A stretch of DNA of 64,000 bases from a virus (IMGVR_UViG_3300025536_000010:79657-143656), one strand, 5' to 3'. Positions 37,701 through 47,533 are shown, numbered from the stretch's first letter. Numbers and translations are program-made. The notes: a model not told the origin generated them from the letters alone.

Positions 37701-40700
37701 AAAGGAGATGGGCGGACTAACACTGCGCGACGACGGCGAGGTCCGCGCCCTGATTCGCACGCAGCGGCGCATGACCCCCTACCGAGCGAGCCAGGAGGAA
37801 GTTCAGAAGTACCTCGGCGAACACAAAGACATGACCGAGCGCGAGGCCCGAGACATTCTCAACATGCGGCTGCGCGCCAAGCGGCTCGGCATCCGCGAAG
37901 ACGAGGTCGATTTCGAGAAGATCAAGAACCCGGAGGAACTGGAGCGGAAGCTGTCGGACGCTTTCGCGGCTCGTGCCCGCAAGAACTTCGAGGTCACGGA
38001 CAAAGACCGTGAAGAGTTCCGCAAAGCCAACCCGGCGCTCAAAGACCCCACGGGCGAGCAGATTACGCAGTTCATGGAGAACAACCCTGAGTACGCCGGC
38101 AAGCCCGATGAGGCCAAGAAGGCCATGCTCGACCGCGTCATCCGCATGGGTCGGCAGTCCGAACATCGGCAACGGATGGCGGCTTTCTGGGGCTCGGCCG
38201 AGGGCGGGGCTTTCCGCGAGACGGTCGACATGGCAGGCCAGGACGTCGACAACGTTGCCAGCCGCCTGATTCAGACGCCGCACATGGTCCAGCGCCTAGG
38301 CACCCGGGCTATCGAGTACCAGGAGAAACTGTCCGGCGGCCAGCAGCGGCTGCGGGAACTGGCGCTCTACCACACGTCTGGCGACATGGGCCGGCTCATG
38401 GCCGGCGACTACAACATTGACCGCTCCAATAAAGGCGGCCAGGAGTCCGCCGAGCGCGTGGCAGCAGAGGTCACCCAGATCCAGCGCGACCAGCGGCGGA
38501 TCATCGAAGAACTCCGCGAGCAGGAGGGACGTTCCGGCCGGCAGTTCCGCCTGGGCAGCGAGGACGAAGCGCGCAAGGCCCTGGGCCTGCCGGCGTACAA
38601 CCTGTCTCCAGAGATGCGCAGCCGCGTCCGCGAACGTGCTGGCGAGTTGGGCACCGAGGAGAACGCCCGCACGCTGCTGGGGATCGACAAGAACGCTACC
38701 AACCTCAGTGAGTTCCAGAAAGCCAAGATCGCAGGCGCACGTTTCGGGGCCGGCAACGAAGAGGAGGTCATTGGCACCTACGGCCGCGAACGCTGGGAGC
38801 AGCTGAGCCCAGGTGAGCGGCAGGCGATGATGCAGAAGATGCGCACGGGCGTCGCTAGCAAAGAAGAGGCGATGAAGCTGCTGGGCATCACTGACGACCA
38901 ACTCAAGAACGACCCCACCGGCGAATACGCCCAGCGGCTCCAGGCAGTCATGGTCGGCCTCCAGACCGACGCGCACGGCCGGCAGCTGGCCGGCATCGAC
39001 CAGAACGCGCAACTCACGGACAAAGGCAAGGACGCCGTGCGGGCCATGCGCCAGGGTATCGCCAGCGAAGACTGGGCGCGCAGCCGCATGGGTCTGGCTG
39101 CCGACAACCTCTCGCCTGAGCAGCGCGCGAAGGTGTTGGAGTTCCGGGAGAAAGCGGGCAACGAGGAAGAAGCTCGGCGTCTGCTCAAACTCGGCGACAA
39201 GAAAGCGATGACAGACGAGCAGGGCAAGAACGTCACCCGCATCATCGAAGGGGCCAAGACCCAGGGCGAGGCCATGCGTGTCCTCGGCCTGAGCGGCAGC
39301 TACGCCAACCTCAAAGACGCGGACAAACTTCGCGTAGACGCCGCGCAGCGCGGCCTGGGTAGCAAGGAGCACGCTGCCAAGATGCTCGGCCTGGCCGACA
39401 AACTGTCGGCCGGTACGCTCTCCAAGGACGACGAGGAGCGGATCGCTGCGGCCCAGAAGCGCCTGGGCACGTCGGCTAACGCCATGATCGTCATGGGCCT
39501 CGACCCGGCCCAAACCATGACCAAGGAGGAGAGCGACCGGCTGCGCCAGGCGACCTACGACGTCAGCGTCGCGCGCCGCCTCAAACCGGAAGACGATACG
39601 GCCATCGGCAAGCTGGAGCAAAGCGAGAACCGGCTCAAGCGGATCGCCGAATCGCGCGGGTTGAAAGTGGAAGACCTGGAGAAGGCGGCGACTGGCGACA
39701 AGAAGTTCGAGCTGTCCAAGGAAGAGGGCGAGCGGCTGGAGAAGGCCAAGCGCGAACACGGTACGGCCAGTCGGGCACATTCACAGCTGACCGCCCGCGC
39801 GGCCAACCTGCGGCGCAGCATTGCCACCCTGGGCGACGACGTTTCCGACGACGCGAAGAACAAGCGCCGGCAGGCCCTGCGAGACAGTTTGGCCTCGACC
39901 GAAAAAGAGATTCAAGACGCCGAGGGGCGCAAGAAAGCTGCCGAGACGTCCGTGGAAGCCGACGCGAAAGCCCGCGGCGTCTCGGTGCAGGACTACCTGC
40001 GCAACAAGGGCTTCGTCAGCGAGTCGGCCCGCGAAGAGGCCAAGCGCGCTGTCAAGGAGCGCGACGAGAACAAGAAGGCCGTCGACGAACTGGCCAAGTC
40101 GCTCGGCGTAAAGCCCGAAGACCTGGCCGGCGCTACCGGGGTCACGAAACGGCTCGAAGAGGCCCAGAAGGAAGCGGCCCGCCGCGAGAACATGAACCCG
40201 CAGGACGTGGCTAAAGGCGTGCTCGAAGCCTACGGGTTCACCCCTGGCGCCGAACCAAGCGCAACGCAGAAGGAACTCGGTGCGCTCATGGGCAGCACCC
40301 GGGGCAAGGCCCTGGGGCAGCGCATGCTGGACACCAGCAAGACGCTCAGCGACCGTGCTGGCAAGGTCCACCCCGGCGCCAAAGGCACCGAGGGCGTGGA
40401 CACAATGGCGCAGCAGTATTTCGACGTCATGGGCACGAAGGACGAGAAAGCGAAGGCCGAGAAGCTCAAGAAGTTTCAGGAGACGTACGGCTTCGACTCG
40501 TCGCACGGTCGGCTTACGGGTCAGGGCGCCGAGGACTGGCGGAAGTTCGAGCAGGCGATGCAGTTTCAGCAGCAAACGGGCCTGCTCAAGTTCGGCCGCG
40601 ACCGCAGCAGTCACCGCAGCCTCAACCGCGAGGAAGACCTGCTCAACATCTACCGCCAAGCGATGCAGGGTGGGCAGGCCGAACAGCGGCAGCTGGACCC

Positions 40701-40833
40701 GAACTCCGGTCAGCCGCAGCAAATGCAGATCTCCTTCAACAACCCGGTACGGATCGACCTGCAAGGTCGGACGATGGACATGCCCGGAGCCACCGGCGGC
40801 GGGCGGAACTACGTCCCGCCAGGAGGAACGTAA
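34759..40833 (+). CDS. Tape measure protein (2024 aa)
   Basis: Longest ORF; Ala/Gln/Arg/Met-rich helical sequence; follows the chaperones and precedes baseplate genes. Confidence 0.8.
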   Translation: MPQSTAMLANMGAGYVPLAQGSEHSRRMPFEGLPLIGGQGGLFGQVASMAAAPPLMHMMGGVGMVPMGVGHDQNVYDRLMNQRYTAMQMQAMQKAAESDREGFYKSFRGLAAVTGTPFGAQQRAAANQLAHLGTMAAPMMAEMMPDFLDQMGGLRGSATVMSKRMMDAGRYRLDPVTGRMGMSGESVGRQAQQLFGDLYSPDQAHRMQGVSAGQAGALFHELQMRGMVGTAASESRFAGVRGDDPRAQTLRALEQMRGFAPNDLKKAASDAKVDISKGLGNLSPEDIDKLNLNPTVADKLRSFDGDRIKRSLRSYVGAVSAMRDIFGDMGRPNAPMQELLAGLEALTGGAMAQIDPARLGTMARQTYNLAKQTGVSLDNALMVQQHAQSKAQSMGLEPIFGVQAAQGALGFGGAYRAQGHAAHTAWGAFNADQAQQMDANLRVQASGSHLANRMGAAIRMSEMAGGFAVDSDAAKYVQAVKGGLNQWKDASGQMRSVAISDAEFTRIFSSSKGQDGRATGLSQGDAFAALGQRHENREQIERHRLGDIARRAQGDELNNFVGHRMQETMFTRLREHLVNQGMSAQEASVAARSAASAVGQSVTRRAMGMSTSEFADAATRNRNIAEIMEEELTGQGMGDVLQSMDPAQRQRFLAQTAERFYGSANRAIQTSSFRAFGNLQNVHRLNNTATLDEADRQQMQARHRAEMQEALAPLGQGTILSRAVDALQHARPDDPQALQKVLAQAMGGVRNEDINRALIPQMRKVQEQKERVEKLQEDVAKESDSEQKQKLMEQLNTARRELSAQAKGLAQLGEQHGMYATDSLGSEDMRRVDRTTRDVMTAQNDIVGLRGNFGGQVDEKDIAAARAKYGGKAVSATEAAAVILARRQQDVDKAKNYALSEERLAGLEAQGAAADPASLAEAKKQRDELKKALGGELAGLLTGLMGQVKAQATGMNDMQARAAAVGLMQANVGNIGEAAVKKEMGGLTLRDDGEVRALIRTQRRMTPYRASQEEVQKYLGEHKDMTEREARDILNMRLRAKRLGIREDEVDFEKIKNPEELERKLSDAFAARARKNFEVTDKDREEFRKANPALKDPTGEQITQFMENNPEYAGKPDEAKKAMLDRVIRMGRQSEHRQRMAAFWGSAEGGAFRETVDMAGQDVDNVASRLIQTPHMVQRLGTRAIEYQEKLSGGQQRLRELALYHTSGDMGRLMAGDYNIDRSNKGGQESAERVAAEVTQIQRDQRRIIEELREQEGRSGRQFRLGSEDEARKALGLPAYNLSPEMRSRVRERAGELGTEENARTLLGIDKNATNLSEFQKAKIAGARFGAGNEEEVIGTYGRERWEQLSPGERQAMMQKMRTGVASKEEAMKLLGITDDQLKNDPTGEYAQRLQAVMVGLQTDAHGRQLAGIDQNAQLTDKGKDAVRAMRQGIASEDWARSRMGLAADNLSPEQRAKVLEFREKAGNEEEARRLLKLGDKKAMTDEQGKNVTRIIEGAKTQGEAMRVLGLSGSYANLKDADKLRVDAAQRGLGSKEHAAKMLGLADKLSAGTLSKDDEERIAAAQKRLGTSANAMIVMGLDPAQTMTKEESDRLRQATYDVSVARRLKPEDDTAIGKLEQSENRLKRIAESRGLKVEDLEKAATGDKKFELSKEEGERLEKAKREHGTASRAHSQLTARAANLRRSIATLGDDVSDDAKNKRRQALRDSLASTEKEIQDAEGRKKAAETSVEADAKARGVSVQDYLRNKGFVSESAREEAKRAVKERDENKKAVDELAKSLGVKPEDLAGATGVTKRLEEAQKEAARRENMNPQDVAKGVLEAYGFTPGAEPSATQKELGALMGSTRGKALGQRMLDTSKTLSDRAGKVHPGAKGTEGVDTMAQQYFDVMGTKDEKAKAEKLKKFQETYGFDSSHGRLTGQGAEDWRKFEQAMQFQQQTGLLKFGRDRSSHRSLNREEDLLNIYRQAMQGGQAEQRQLDPNSGQPQQMQISFNNPVRIDLQGRTMDMPGATGGGRNYVPPGGT

Positions 40834-41288
40834 TGCCGATTGTCTTCAAGGCCGCACCGGGCTCGGTAGTAGCGCTGGACGACCCGGCGACGCAGTGCCA
40901 GGCCAGGTTCGAGACGAACCCCCCGATCACCTTCGATTCGGAGATGAGCATCGTCACGCGCTTGACGGTCAATCAGCAGGTCAACGTGCAGTTCCTGCAC
41001 ACCCTTGGCGCGCTCATCTACATCTACGTCTTCGGCGACCGCATGGGGCAGATTGGGCTATCGGGCCTGGCTTTCTCCTGCGACTGTACCGGCTCTGACG
41101 TCGGGGCCGACAAGATTCTCCAGTGGTACTCCCGGAACCGGGTGTCCAAGAAGAAAGACCCGGTGCAGATCACGATTGGCTCCACCACGCTCGAAGGTTT
41201 TGTGGTCAACTGTACCGAGGACGTAGTGGACCCGTCGCTGCGCCTGGTGCAGTGGGGCGTCAACATGGCTGCCTTGCCGGAGGACTGA
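40833..41288 (+). CDS. Tube-like baseplate / tube-initiator protein
   Basis: TAATG coupling; YIYVFGDRMGQIGLSG tube-fold-like pattern. Confidence 0.5.
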   Translation: MPIVFKAAPGSVVALDDPATQCQARFETNPPITFDSEMSIVTRLTVNQQVNVQFLHTLGALIYIYVFGDRMGQIGLSGLAFSCDCTGSDVGADKILQWYSRNRVSKKKDPVQITIGSTTLEGFVVNCTEDVVDPSLRLVQWGVNMAALPED

Positions 41289-41289
41289 G

Positions 41290-42087
41290 ATGCTGAACCA
41301 CGCCAGGACGCTTTTGATGAACGTCGACGGCGACGCGACCCCGCTCGACGATTACCCGGGCGAGGAGGCCATCGACCCCGGCTTTCGTGCGGTCAACCTG
41401 CCGACCGCGCTGGACACGGTACGGTCGGTCATCTTCGGCACCGATCCCGACCGGCTCATGCTCAACTACCGCTGCCGGCAGCTGCTGACCCTGCTGCACA
41501 GTACGCCGCTGGTCGAGTACGTCTACGCCCTGGACCCGCGAGTGACCTACGATTTTGCCGACGACGCCTTCATCGCCGAAGACGCTTTCAAGCCGCGTGT
41601 CGTCAAAGTGAGCGGGCCGGAAACCGCCGTGCTGACGTTCACTGGCAAGCCCGCCAACCCAGACATCACTGGCCGCTGCCGCTATATTTTCAACGTCGAC
41701 GTACCGACGTCCGAGTCTGTCGCCGTCGATAGGCTCACGCCCAAGATCCCAAAAGTGGTTTATAACTTGGAGGTGCCCAACGGCCTGTCGAACGCGATAC
41801 CGCTCATGGGCAGCGGTTACTCCTGCCGGATCAACACGGATGTCGTCGGGCAGCTGTACCGCGTCGAAGTTGCCAACCGCCCGCAGCGCGACTTGGGGCA
41901 GATTGCGGCCAACCTGGGCGTCGTCGGCGAGCCGGTCACGCTGACGCTGTTCGGACTGGAACGCACGGAACCCTGGAGAACCTTTCGGAACCTTTGGGAA
42001 CAGAAGCTCGAACTGCCGCTCAAACTGGGTGGCCTGCTCTGTGCGCTGATCTATCGCACAGAAGACCGGAGGCTCGGACGTGGGTAA
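41290..42087 (+). CDS. Hypothetical baseplate-region protein
   Basis: GGAGG RBS; operon context. Confidence 0.55.
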   Translation: MLNHARTLLMNVDGDATPLDDYPGEEAIDPGFRAVNLPTALDTVRSVIFGTDPDRLMLNYRCRQLLTLLHSTPLVEYVYALDPRVTYDFADDAFIAEDAFKPRVVKVSGPETAVLTFTGKPANPDITGRCRYIFNVDVPTSESVAVDRLTPKIPKVVYNLEVPNGLSNAIPLMGSGYSCRINTDVVGQLYRVEVANRPQRDLGQIAANLGVVGEPVTLTLFGLERTEPWRTFRNLWEQKLELPLKLGGLLCALIYRTEDRRLGRG

Positions 42088-43711
42088 GAACTACATCTAT
42101 TCGGACCTGTCGGTCAAAAACGCGCTGGTGCTGGACATCGAAGGGACGCAGTACGAGGTGTCCCAGATGTCCATGTCCTGGGCGGCGAACGAGGTGCCGA
42201 CTGCCGTGTGCATGCTGGCCGTGGGCCGCGACGTCCGCACACAACAGCCCGCCAAGATCCACAGTGCTGCCAGCCACCAGCACATGAAAAAGGCCAAGAT
42301 CACTTTCAACCCGCAGAAGGAGTACAGCCTCAGCGCCCAGTGGCCTGGCCAGGCCACGATCTTTGACGGCTTTTTCGTCGGCTTCGCCTACCGCAAGATC
42401 TCCGGCAAGGTCTGCGTCGTCGCCAACCTGATCCACTGGCTGGCGGCCCTGACCTTTTCCAGCTGCCTCAACAAGGCCAGCCACGTCAGCAACCCGACCT
42501 CGCTGGCCGCAGCGGCCGTGACCTCGGCGCTCGGAGCCGGCGGCGGCGAGGGCTGTTTCGTCAGCGACCTGGTCGGCGCGCAGATAGCGGGCGACGCTGT
42601 CGCCGCGGACCTGTGGAAGGCGATCTCGAAGATCTTCTGCGAGTTCGCCAAGATCGAGACGATGCCGCCGGCCCAGGAAGGTGAGTGCGCCGGTGACGGC
42701 GACCTGGCCACCAACCAGGGCGCCTTGGAAGCCCTCCAGAAGATCGAGGGCTCTGACTGCGGCGGCGCAGGCAAGTATTACAAACCGCTGGCAATCCAGG
42801 ACAGCTTCGGCGAACTGACGGACGGTATCGCCAAAGCCCTCGGCACCGAGATGGTCGAGTCCTACGCCACCTTCTCTTTCTGGGACAAGCTGATCGGGCA
42901 GTTCTGCCCCAGCTACGGCATGGCGGTCGTACCGCGCGTGGACTCGGCCGTAGTCGTCGCCGATACGCCGGCCTACAACGGCGGTGTGTGGAAAGAACTG
43001 GAGCCCGACGAGTACGACTCCTTCGACATGACGGCGGAGTTGAGCCGGCCCCTCCAGGCGGTGGTCGTCATCGCCGGCTGGGAGAGTCAAACGCTGGAAG
43101 GGCAGCAAGAGCCTACGGCCTCGCCGCTGATTGGCGGCTGCTATGCCTCCGACGCGGTCAAGCCCGGCGACGGCCTGCGCATGTACATCGCCCCGCCGCC
43201 CTGGCTGCGCAACCTGCACATGCTATCCGCGTACGCGGGGCATTCCTCCGGTGTCAGCCAGAACGCCCCGAGCAAAACCGGCACGACGCCCAACGCGACG
43301 CCGCCGGACCCGGATAAGCGCACCCCTGGAGCCTTCGGGCAGCAAGCCAACGGTTTCTACGACAAGTACGCGCACACGTTCTTCGTCAACCAGATGCTCC
43401 GTGGCCGCAGTGGGTCGGTTTCTGGTAAACTACGGTTCGACATTTGCCCGCTGTCCATTATTGAAGTGCTGCCTAGTTTCGAGCAGCACATCGGCGGCGA
43501 GGACCAGTTGGCCGTGACCGTCTACGGCTGCGTGCAGCGCGTGAGCATCGCCATCAACGCAGAGGCTGCGATGGCCGGGACGACTCTGGTGCTGAGCCAC
43601 CTGCGGACGAGCGAAGAGAACAGTTCGGCGCGGACCAGCGCAGCCCAGCACCCACTGTTCGGCGCAGCCGTGTTCGAGGGGGCGCCGCTGGTCGACAAGT
43701 ACGATCTCTAA
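42080..43711 (+). CDS. Putative baseplate hub protein (gp27/GPD-like)
   Basis: IFDGFFVG near the N-terminus and a C-terminal SGKLRFDI...YGCVQRVS barrel pattern; position after the tape measure. Confidence 0.55.
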   Translation: MGKNYIYSDLSVKNALVLDIEGTQYEVSQMSMSWAANEVPTAVCMLAVGRDVRTQQPAKIHSAASHQHMKKAKITFNPQKEYSLSAQWPGQATIFDGFFVGFAYRKISGKVCVVANLIHWLAALTFSSCLNKASHVSNPTSLAAAAVTSALGAGGGEGCFVSDLVGAQIAGDAVAADLWKAISKIFCEFAKIETMPPAQEGECAGDGDLATNQGALEALQKIEGSDCGGAGKYYKPLAIQDSFGELTDGIAKALGTEMVESYATFSFWDKLIGQFCPSYGMAVVPRVDSAVVVADTPAYNGGVWKELEPDEYDSFDMTAELSRPLQAVVVIAGWESQTLEGQQEPTASPLIGGCYASDAVKPGDGLRMYIAPPPWLRNLHMLSAYAGHSSGVSQNAPSKTGTTPNATPPDPDKRTPGAFGQQANGFYDKYAHTFFVNQMLRGRSGSVSGKLRFDICPLSIIEVLPSFEQHIGGEDQLAVTVYGCVQRVSIAINAEAAMAGTTLVLSHLRTSEENSSARTSAAQHPLFGAAVFEGAPLVDKYDL

Positions 43712-43720
43712 GGAGACAAC

Positions 43721-44449
43721 ATGGACGACTTCTTGGAGCCAGATTTCGCGGAACCCTACAAGGCGTGGAAGGCAACGCCAGGCCCCGACACGAACGCTGG
43801 CATGCTCAAGGCACTGACGCCCACGATTGAGGGGGCCATCCGCACGCACGTCGGCGAGCCCAACCCGCTGCTGACCAGCCGAGCCCGTTTGATGGCTCTG
43901 GAGGGCCTCCAGGGCTACGACCCGACGCGGGGCCGCCTCCAGACGCACATGTACAACCACTTGCTGGGGCTCAAGCGGGCCAACCGACAGCAGACGACCA
44001 TCCTCAAGGTGCCGGAGCGGATCTCGTTGGACCGCTACCACCTGGAGAACGCCACGAATGAACTGTCCAACGAACTCGGCCGCGAGCCCACGGACATGGA
44101 GATCGCCGACCGGGTCGGTTTCTCGCCGCGGCGGATCGCCCGCGTGCGCAGCTACAGCCCAGCCGTCGCCGAGGGCACCATCGACGAGTCCACGGAAGGC
44201 GGCGGCGTGATCGGTGGCGTCGAAGACCCGCTGCGAAGACAGCAGACCGCAGTGTACGATGTCGTCTACGACGAACTCGACACCTACCACCGGCAGATCA
44301 TGGAGTTGGCCTTGGGCCTCAACGGCCGCCGACCACTCTCGAACCAACAGATCGCCCAGAAGATGAACCGCAGCCCCGGGGCCATCAGCCAGGCTAAGCT
44401 GCGCATCCAAAAGATGCTCGACGAGGTCAACGAACTCGGACTGAGGTAA
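43721..44449 (+). CDS. RNA polymerase sigma-70 family factor (FliA/SigF-like, regions 2-3-4)
   Basis: GYDPTRG (region 2), ELGREPTDMEIADRVG (region 3), LSNQQIAQKMNRSPGAISQ (region 4 HTH). Confidence 0.85.
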   Translation: MDDFLEPDFAEPYKAWKATPGPDTNAGMLKALTPTIEGAIRTHVGEPNPLLTSRARLMALEGLQGYDPTRGRLQTHMYNHLLGLKRANRQQTTILKVPERISLDRYHLENATNELSNELGREPTDMEIADRVGFSPRRIARVRSYSPAVAEGTIDESTEGGGVIGGVEDPLRRQQTAVYDVVYDELDTYHRQIMELALGLNGRRPLSNQQIAQKMNRSPGAISQAKLRIQKMLDEVNELGLR

Positions 44450-44452
44450 GCA

Positions 44453-44908
44453 ATGCCAGCACCCAACCCGTCGCCCAAAGCCAGTATGGACCCGAACTTC
44501 GAGAAGCGCGTCGAGGAACTCAAGGAGGCCGCTAAGCAGGAGGCCGTGGAGCGCAAGCTGGGCAAGCAAGTGAAGTGGTTCAGGCCCAAAGGCTGGACCG
44601 GCGGCGAGTTCGAGTACGAGCCCATGAGCCTGCCGTTCGACAGCAACAAGGCCAACCAGGACTACAAGAGCGCCGTTCAGAGTCCAGACTCGCCAGGCAC
44701 CAGCGGTGACATCATCGCCACGCAGACAATGGCTGAGTGCCTGGCGGTCATGGAGCGCGGCTTCCGGCAGCGGCACACAATGCGGCGCTGTCGCGCGATG
44801 GCCCACCACCTGGGGCGGCGCAAGGGCCAGGGCGAGACACAGGGCGTCTTCGGCAACAACTACCTGGACTACCTGCGCAGCGTGATGAAACAGTCCAGCA
44901 AGAAGTGA
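44453..44908 (+). CDS. Hypothetical protein
   Basis: GAGG RBS; operon context. Confidence 0.55.
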   Translation: MPAPNPSPKASMDPNFEKRVEELKEAAKQEAVERKLGKQVKWFRPKGWTGGEFEYEPMSLPFDSNKANQDYKSAVQSPDSPGTSGDIIATQTMAECLAVMERGFRQRHTMRRCRAMAHHLGRRKGQGETQGVFGNNYLDYLRSVMKQSSKK

Positions 44909-44915
44909 GGACCGC

Positions 44916-45398
44916 ATGGCCACCGTCGTCGACTACGAGAACCGGACTGCCGACCTGTCCGCCTTCCAGGGCGTGTTCCCGCATCTGCGTGGGCGTGAGC
45001 AGCTGCTGGCCCACGAACTGGTGCGGACCACGGACGGCGGCAGCCTGGTCACCGGCGTCCTCAAGGGTGTCCAGCGCTTCCTCGTCATCCTGCTGACGCC
45101 GCGCGGCTCGAAGCTCTACCGACCCTCCGAGGGCACCTTTTTCATGACCGAGGCGCGGTTGGGGGCCTGGCGTACCCCGGCAGACGTCTCGACGGCGTTC
45201 TACGCCGCCCGCCTGCTAGCGGCCCGCCAGATGCGTGAAGTCGAACTGACCACGGACCCGCCCGACGAACGCTATGGTGTGGCGACCCTGAACGGGGTTA
45301 CCCTGGTGGCCGATAAGGTGTCGATTCGCGTGGACTACGAAAGTCTGGCCGGCACCAAGGTCACCGTGATAACCCCGATTCAGGTGCCGATCAAATGA
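44916..45398 (+). CDS. Baseplate wedge / sheath initiator (gp25/gpW-like)
   Basis: GVQRFLVILLTPRGSKLYRPSEGT matches the gp25-type LxTxxG motif. Confidence 0.65.
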   Translation: MATVVDYENRTADLSAFQGVFPHLRGREQLLAHELVRTTDGGSLVTGVLKGVQRFLVILLTPRGSKLYRPSEGTFFMTEARLGAWRTPADVSTAFYAARLLAARQMREVELTTDPPDERYGVATLNGVTLVADKVSIRVDYESLAGTKVTVITPIQVPIK

Positions 45399-45868
45399 TT
45401 GCGGACCTCCTGACGGACCTGTACCAGCCGGAGGCGAAGATCATTAAACAACTGTACCAGCGCCACACGGATACCAGCGACCCAACGAAAGGTGACTGCT
45501 TTGCAACCTGCGTGGCGATGATCCTGGGTCTGCAACAAGACGAAGTACCTAACTTCTGCGGCATTGCGACGGACTGGTGGCCTGGGTTCCAGAAATGGTT
45601 AGAGGAGCGACACCTAGTCGCTATCGAGGTCAACCTGCCGCCTCCTCCCTGGAAAAACCTTGGGGCGCTGACACCAGGCGTGCCCGTCATCCTCACAGGT
45701 AAAAGCCCAAGGGGTGATTGGTTGCACTCGATTGTTGGCATGACGCGGTGGGATGAAGGGTTTGAGATACTCTACGACCCACACCCGGCTGGTGGCGGGT
45801 TTGATGGGCCACTCAAACATGTGCTGTTCTTTGCAGCGCTCAGACCAGACAAGGCAGGGAAGCCATGA
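45395..45868 (+). CDS. Papain/C39-like fold protein (Cys-His-Asp)
   Basis: GDCFATCVAMIL, HSIV and YDPHP in catalytic-triad order; visibly more AT-rich than its neighbours. Confidence 0.5.
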   Translation: MIADLLTDLYQPEAKIIKQLYQRHTDTSDPTKGDCFATCVAMILGLQQDEVPNFCGIATDWWPGFQKWLEERHLVAIEVNLPPPPWKNLGALTPGVPVILTGKSPRGDWLHSIVGMTRWDEGFEILYDPHPAGGGFDGPLKHVLFFAALRPDKAGKP

Positions 45869-47517
45869 TCGAACTCCGGCCGTTCTCGCAGCTGAATCCC
45901 GACGACGTGGCCCAGCAGCACGCTGAGGCCCTCCAGCGCGTCCAGGAGGACAACCCCAAGCTGGACCTGCGTCGAGGCGTATTCGCCGACCTCCTGATAT
46001 ACTACCATTCGATCCTGGCAGGCCAGGGTCAGATGAACATCAAAGACTACTGGCGGGCGCGCAGCCTCCAGGCGATGGAGGCCGACCCGGACCTGGCCAC
46101 GGCCGACCCAGACCTGGTCGGCGACGTGATTTCTAACTTCAACGTCGCCCGGCAACCAGGGGCCAAAGCAACAGGCGAGGTCACCATCGTCGTTACCGAC
46201 AGCATCACGGTGACCATCGGCATCGGGGCTGTTTTCGAGGCCCAGGGCCTGCGTTTCATTACCACGCGCGTCTTCACTGGCAAAACCTCCGGCCGGATCG
46301 ACGACCCCGGCGACCGTTTGCTCACTCAGACGGCAGACGGTAACTGGGCGTTCACCATCGAGGTCCAGGCCGAACAGGAAGGCGAGCAGTACCAGATCAA
46401 GAAGGACACGCTAATCGTACCGCTGGTGCTACCGCTCAACTATCGAACCTCGTTCGCCGCCAATGATTTCGAGGGCGGCTACCAGGCCGAGACGAACCAG
46501 GACTTGCTGCTGCGGCTCCAGGAAGGCGTAGCGGCGCGCGGCCTGGGCGGGCGCATCAACCAGACGGCCACGCTGCGCGCCGTCGAAGATTTCTCCAGAG
46601 TCATCGCCGTCTCCGTGGTCGGCTACGGGGACGCCGAGATGCTCCGCGACAAACACTGGGTTTTCCCGATCTCCGGCGGCGGCCGTGTCGATTGGTACGT
46701 CCGCAGCCAGGAAGAAGTGTTCCGCAAGAAACTGCTCAAAGAGGCCACGCTAATCTCCAAAACGGACAGCGGCGTCGGCACCTGGCAGGTTAGCATCGGC
46801 CGCGACGAGGCCCCTGGCTACTACGAGATCGACAACATCCGTCCCAAGGACTCCGGTAACGCAGTCGGCGGCTTCGAGATCCTGACGGACGAGCGCGTCG
46901 CCGACTTGACCGGCCCCGGGTTCGTCCCGGACGTCTTGGCGGACAGCGACGAGTGGGTCTACACCCGCTTCCAGGCCGGTGTCGTCCAGTTCGTCGATAC
47001 CGTGCAGAGCGCTGCGGCCCTGGCGCTAGGAGCCAAGCGTGAGTACGAGCTAGAGGCCCGCTGTCTGCCTCTGGTCGCCGAGATCCAGGACACGTTCAGT
47101 ACGCCGGACAGCCGACCCAAACCTTACGACTTGCTGGTCAAAGCCCCGGTGCCGTGTTTTCTCAACCTGACCTTCACTGTTTACAAGCGCTCCGGCGAGG
47201 CCGACCCGGACCTGGCAGCCATGAAAACGGCGCTATGTACGGAGGTCAACAGCGTTGGTTTCATAGGGCGGCTGTTCGCTAGCCAGCTGCACGACGTTAT
47301 TCACGCTTATCTGCGGAACGACCAGACCGCTTCCGCCATCGACATGTTTGGGCGTATCCGGTATCCTAGTGGTGAACCCGAATACGTCCGTGACAGCGAA
47401 AAACTCGAAGTACCGGACGACCCGGTAGCGCTGGTGAGTGCCAGGACGGTGCAGTTTTTCATCAGCCCCGAGGACATCAGTATCTCGGTCGAAACGTCTG
47501 TGCCGTCGAGTCTGTGA
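45865..47517 (+). CDS. Baseplate J/gp6-like wedge protein
   Basis: RQPGAKATGEV and GGYQAETNQDLLLR are baseplate-J signatures. Confidence 0.75.
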   Translation: MIELRPFSQLNPDDVAQQHAEALQRVQEDNPKLDLRRGVFADLLIYYHSILAGQGQMNIKDYWRARSLQAMEADPDLATADPDLVGDVISNFNVARQPGAKATGEVTIVVTDSITVTIGIGAVFEAQGLRFITTRVFTGKTSGRIDDPGDRLLTQTADGNWAFTIEVQAEQEGEQYQIKKDTLIVPLVLPLNYRTSFAANDFEGGYQAETNQDLLLRLQEGVAARGLGGRINQTATLRAVEDFSRVIAVSVVGYGDAEMLRDKHWVFPISGGGRVDWYVRSQEEVFRKKLLKEATLISKTDSGVGTWQVSIGRDEAPGYYEIDNIRPKDSGNAVGGFEILTDERVADLTGPGFVPDVLADSDEWVYTRFQAGVVQFVDTVQSAAALALGAKREYELEARCLPLVAEIQDTFSTPDSRPKPYDLLVKAPVPCFLNLTFTVYKRSGEADPDLAAMKTALCTEVNSVGFIGRLFASQLHDVIHAYLRNDQTASAIDMFGRIRYPSGEPEYVRDSEKLEVPDDPVALVSARTVQFFISPEDISISVETSVPSSL

Positions 47518-47533
47518 CACAAGGAGGTGTACA

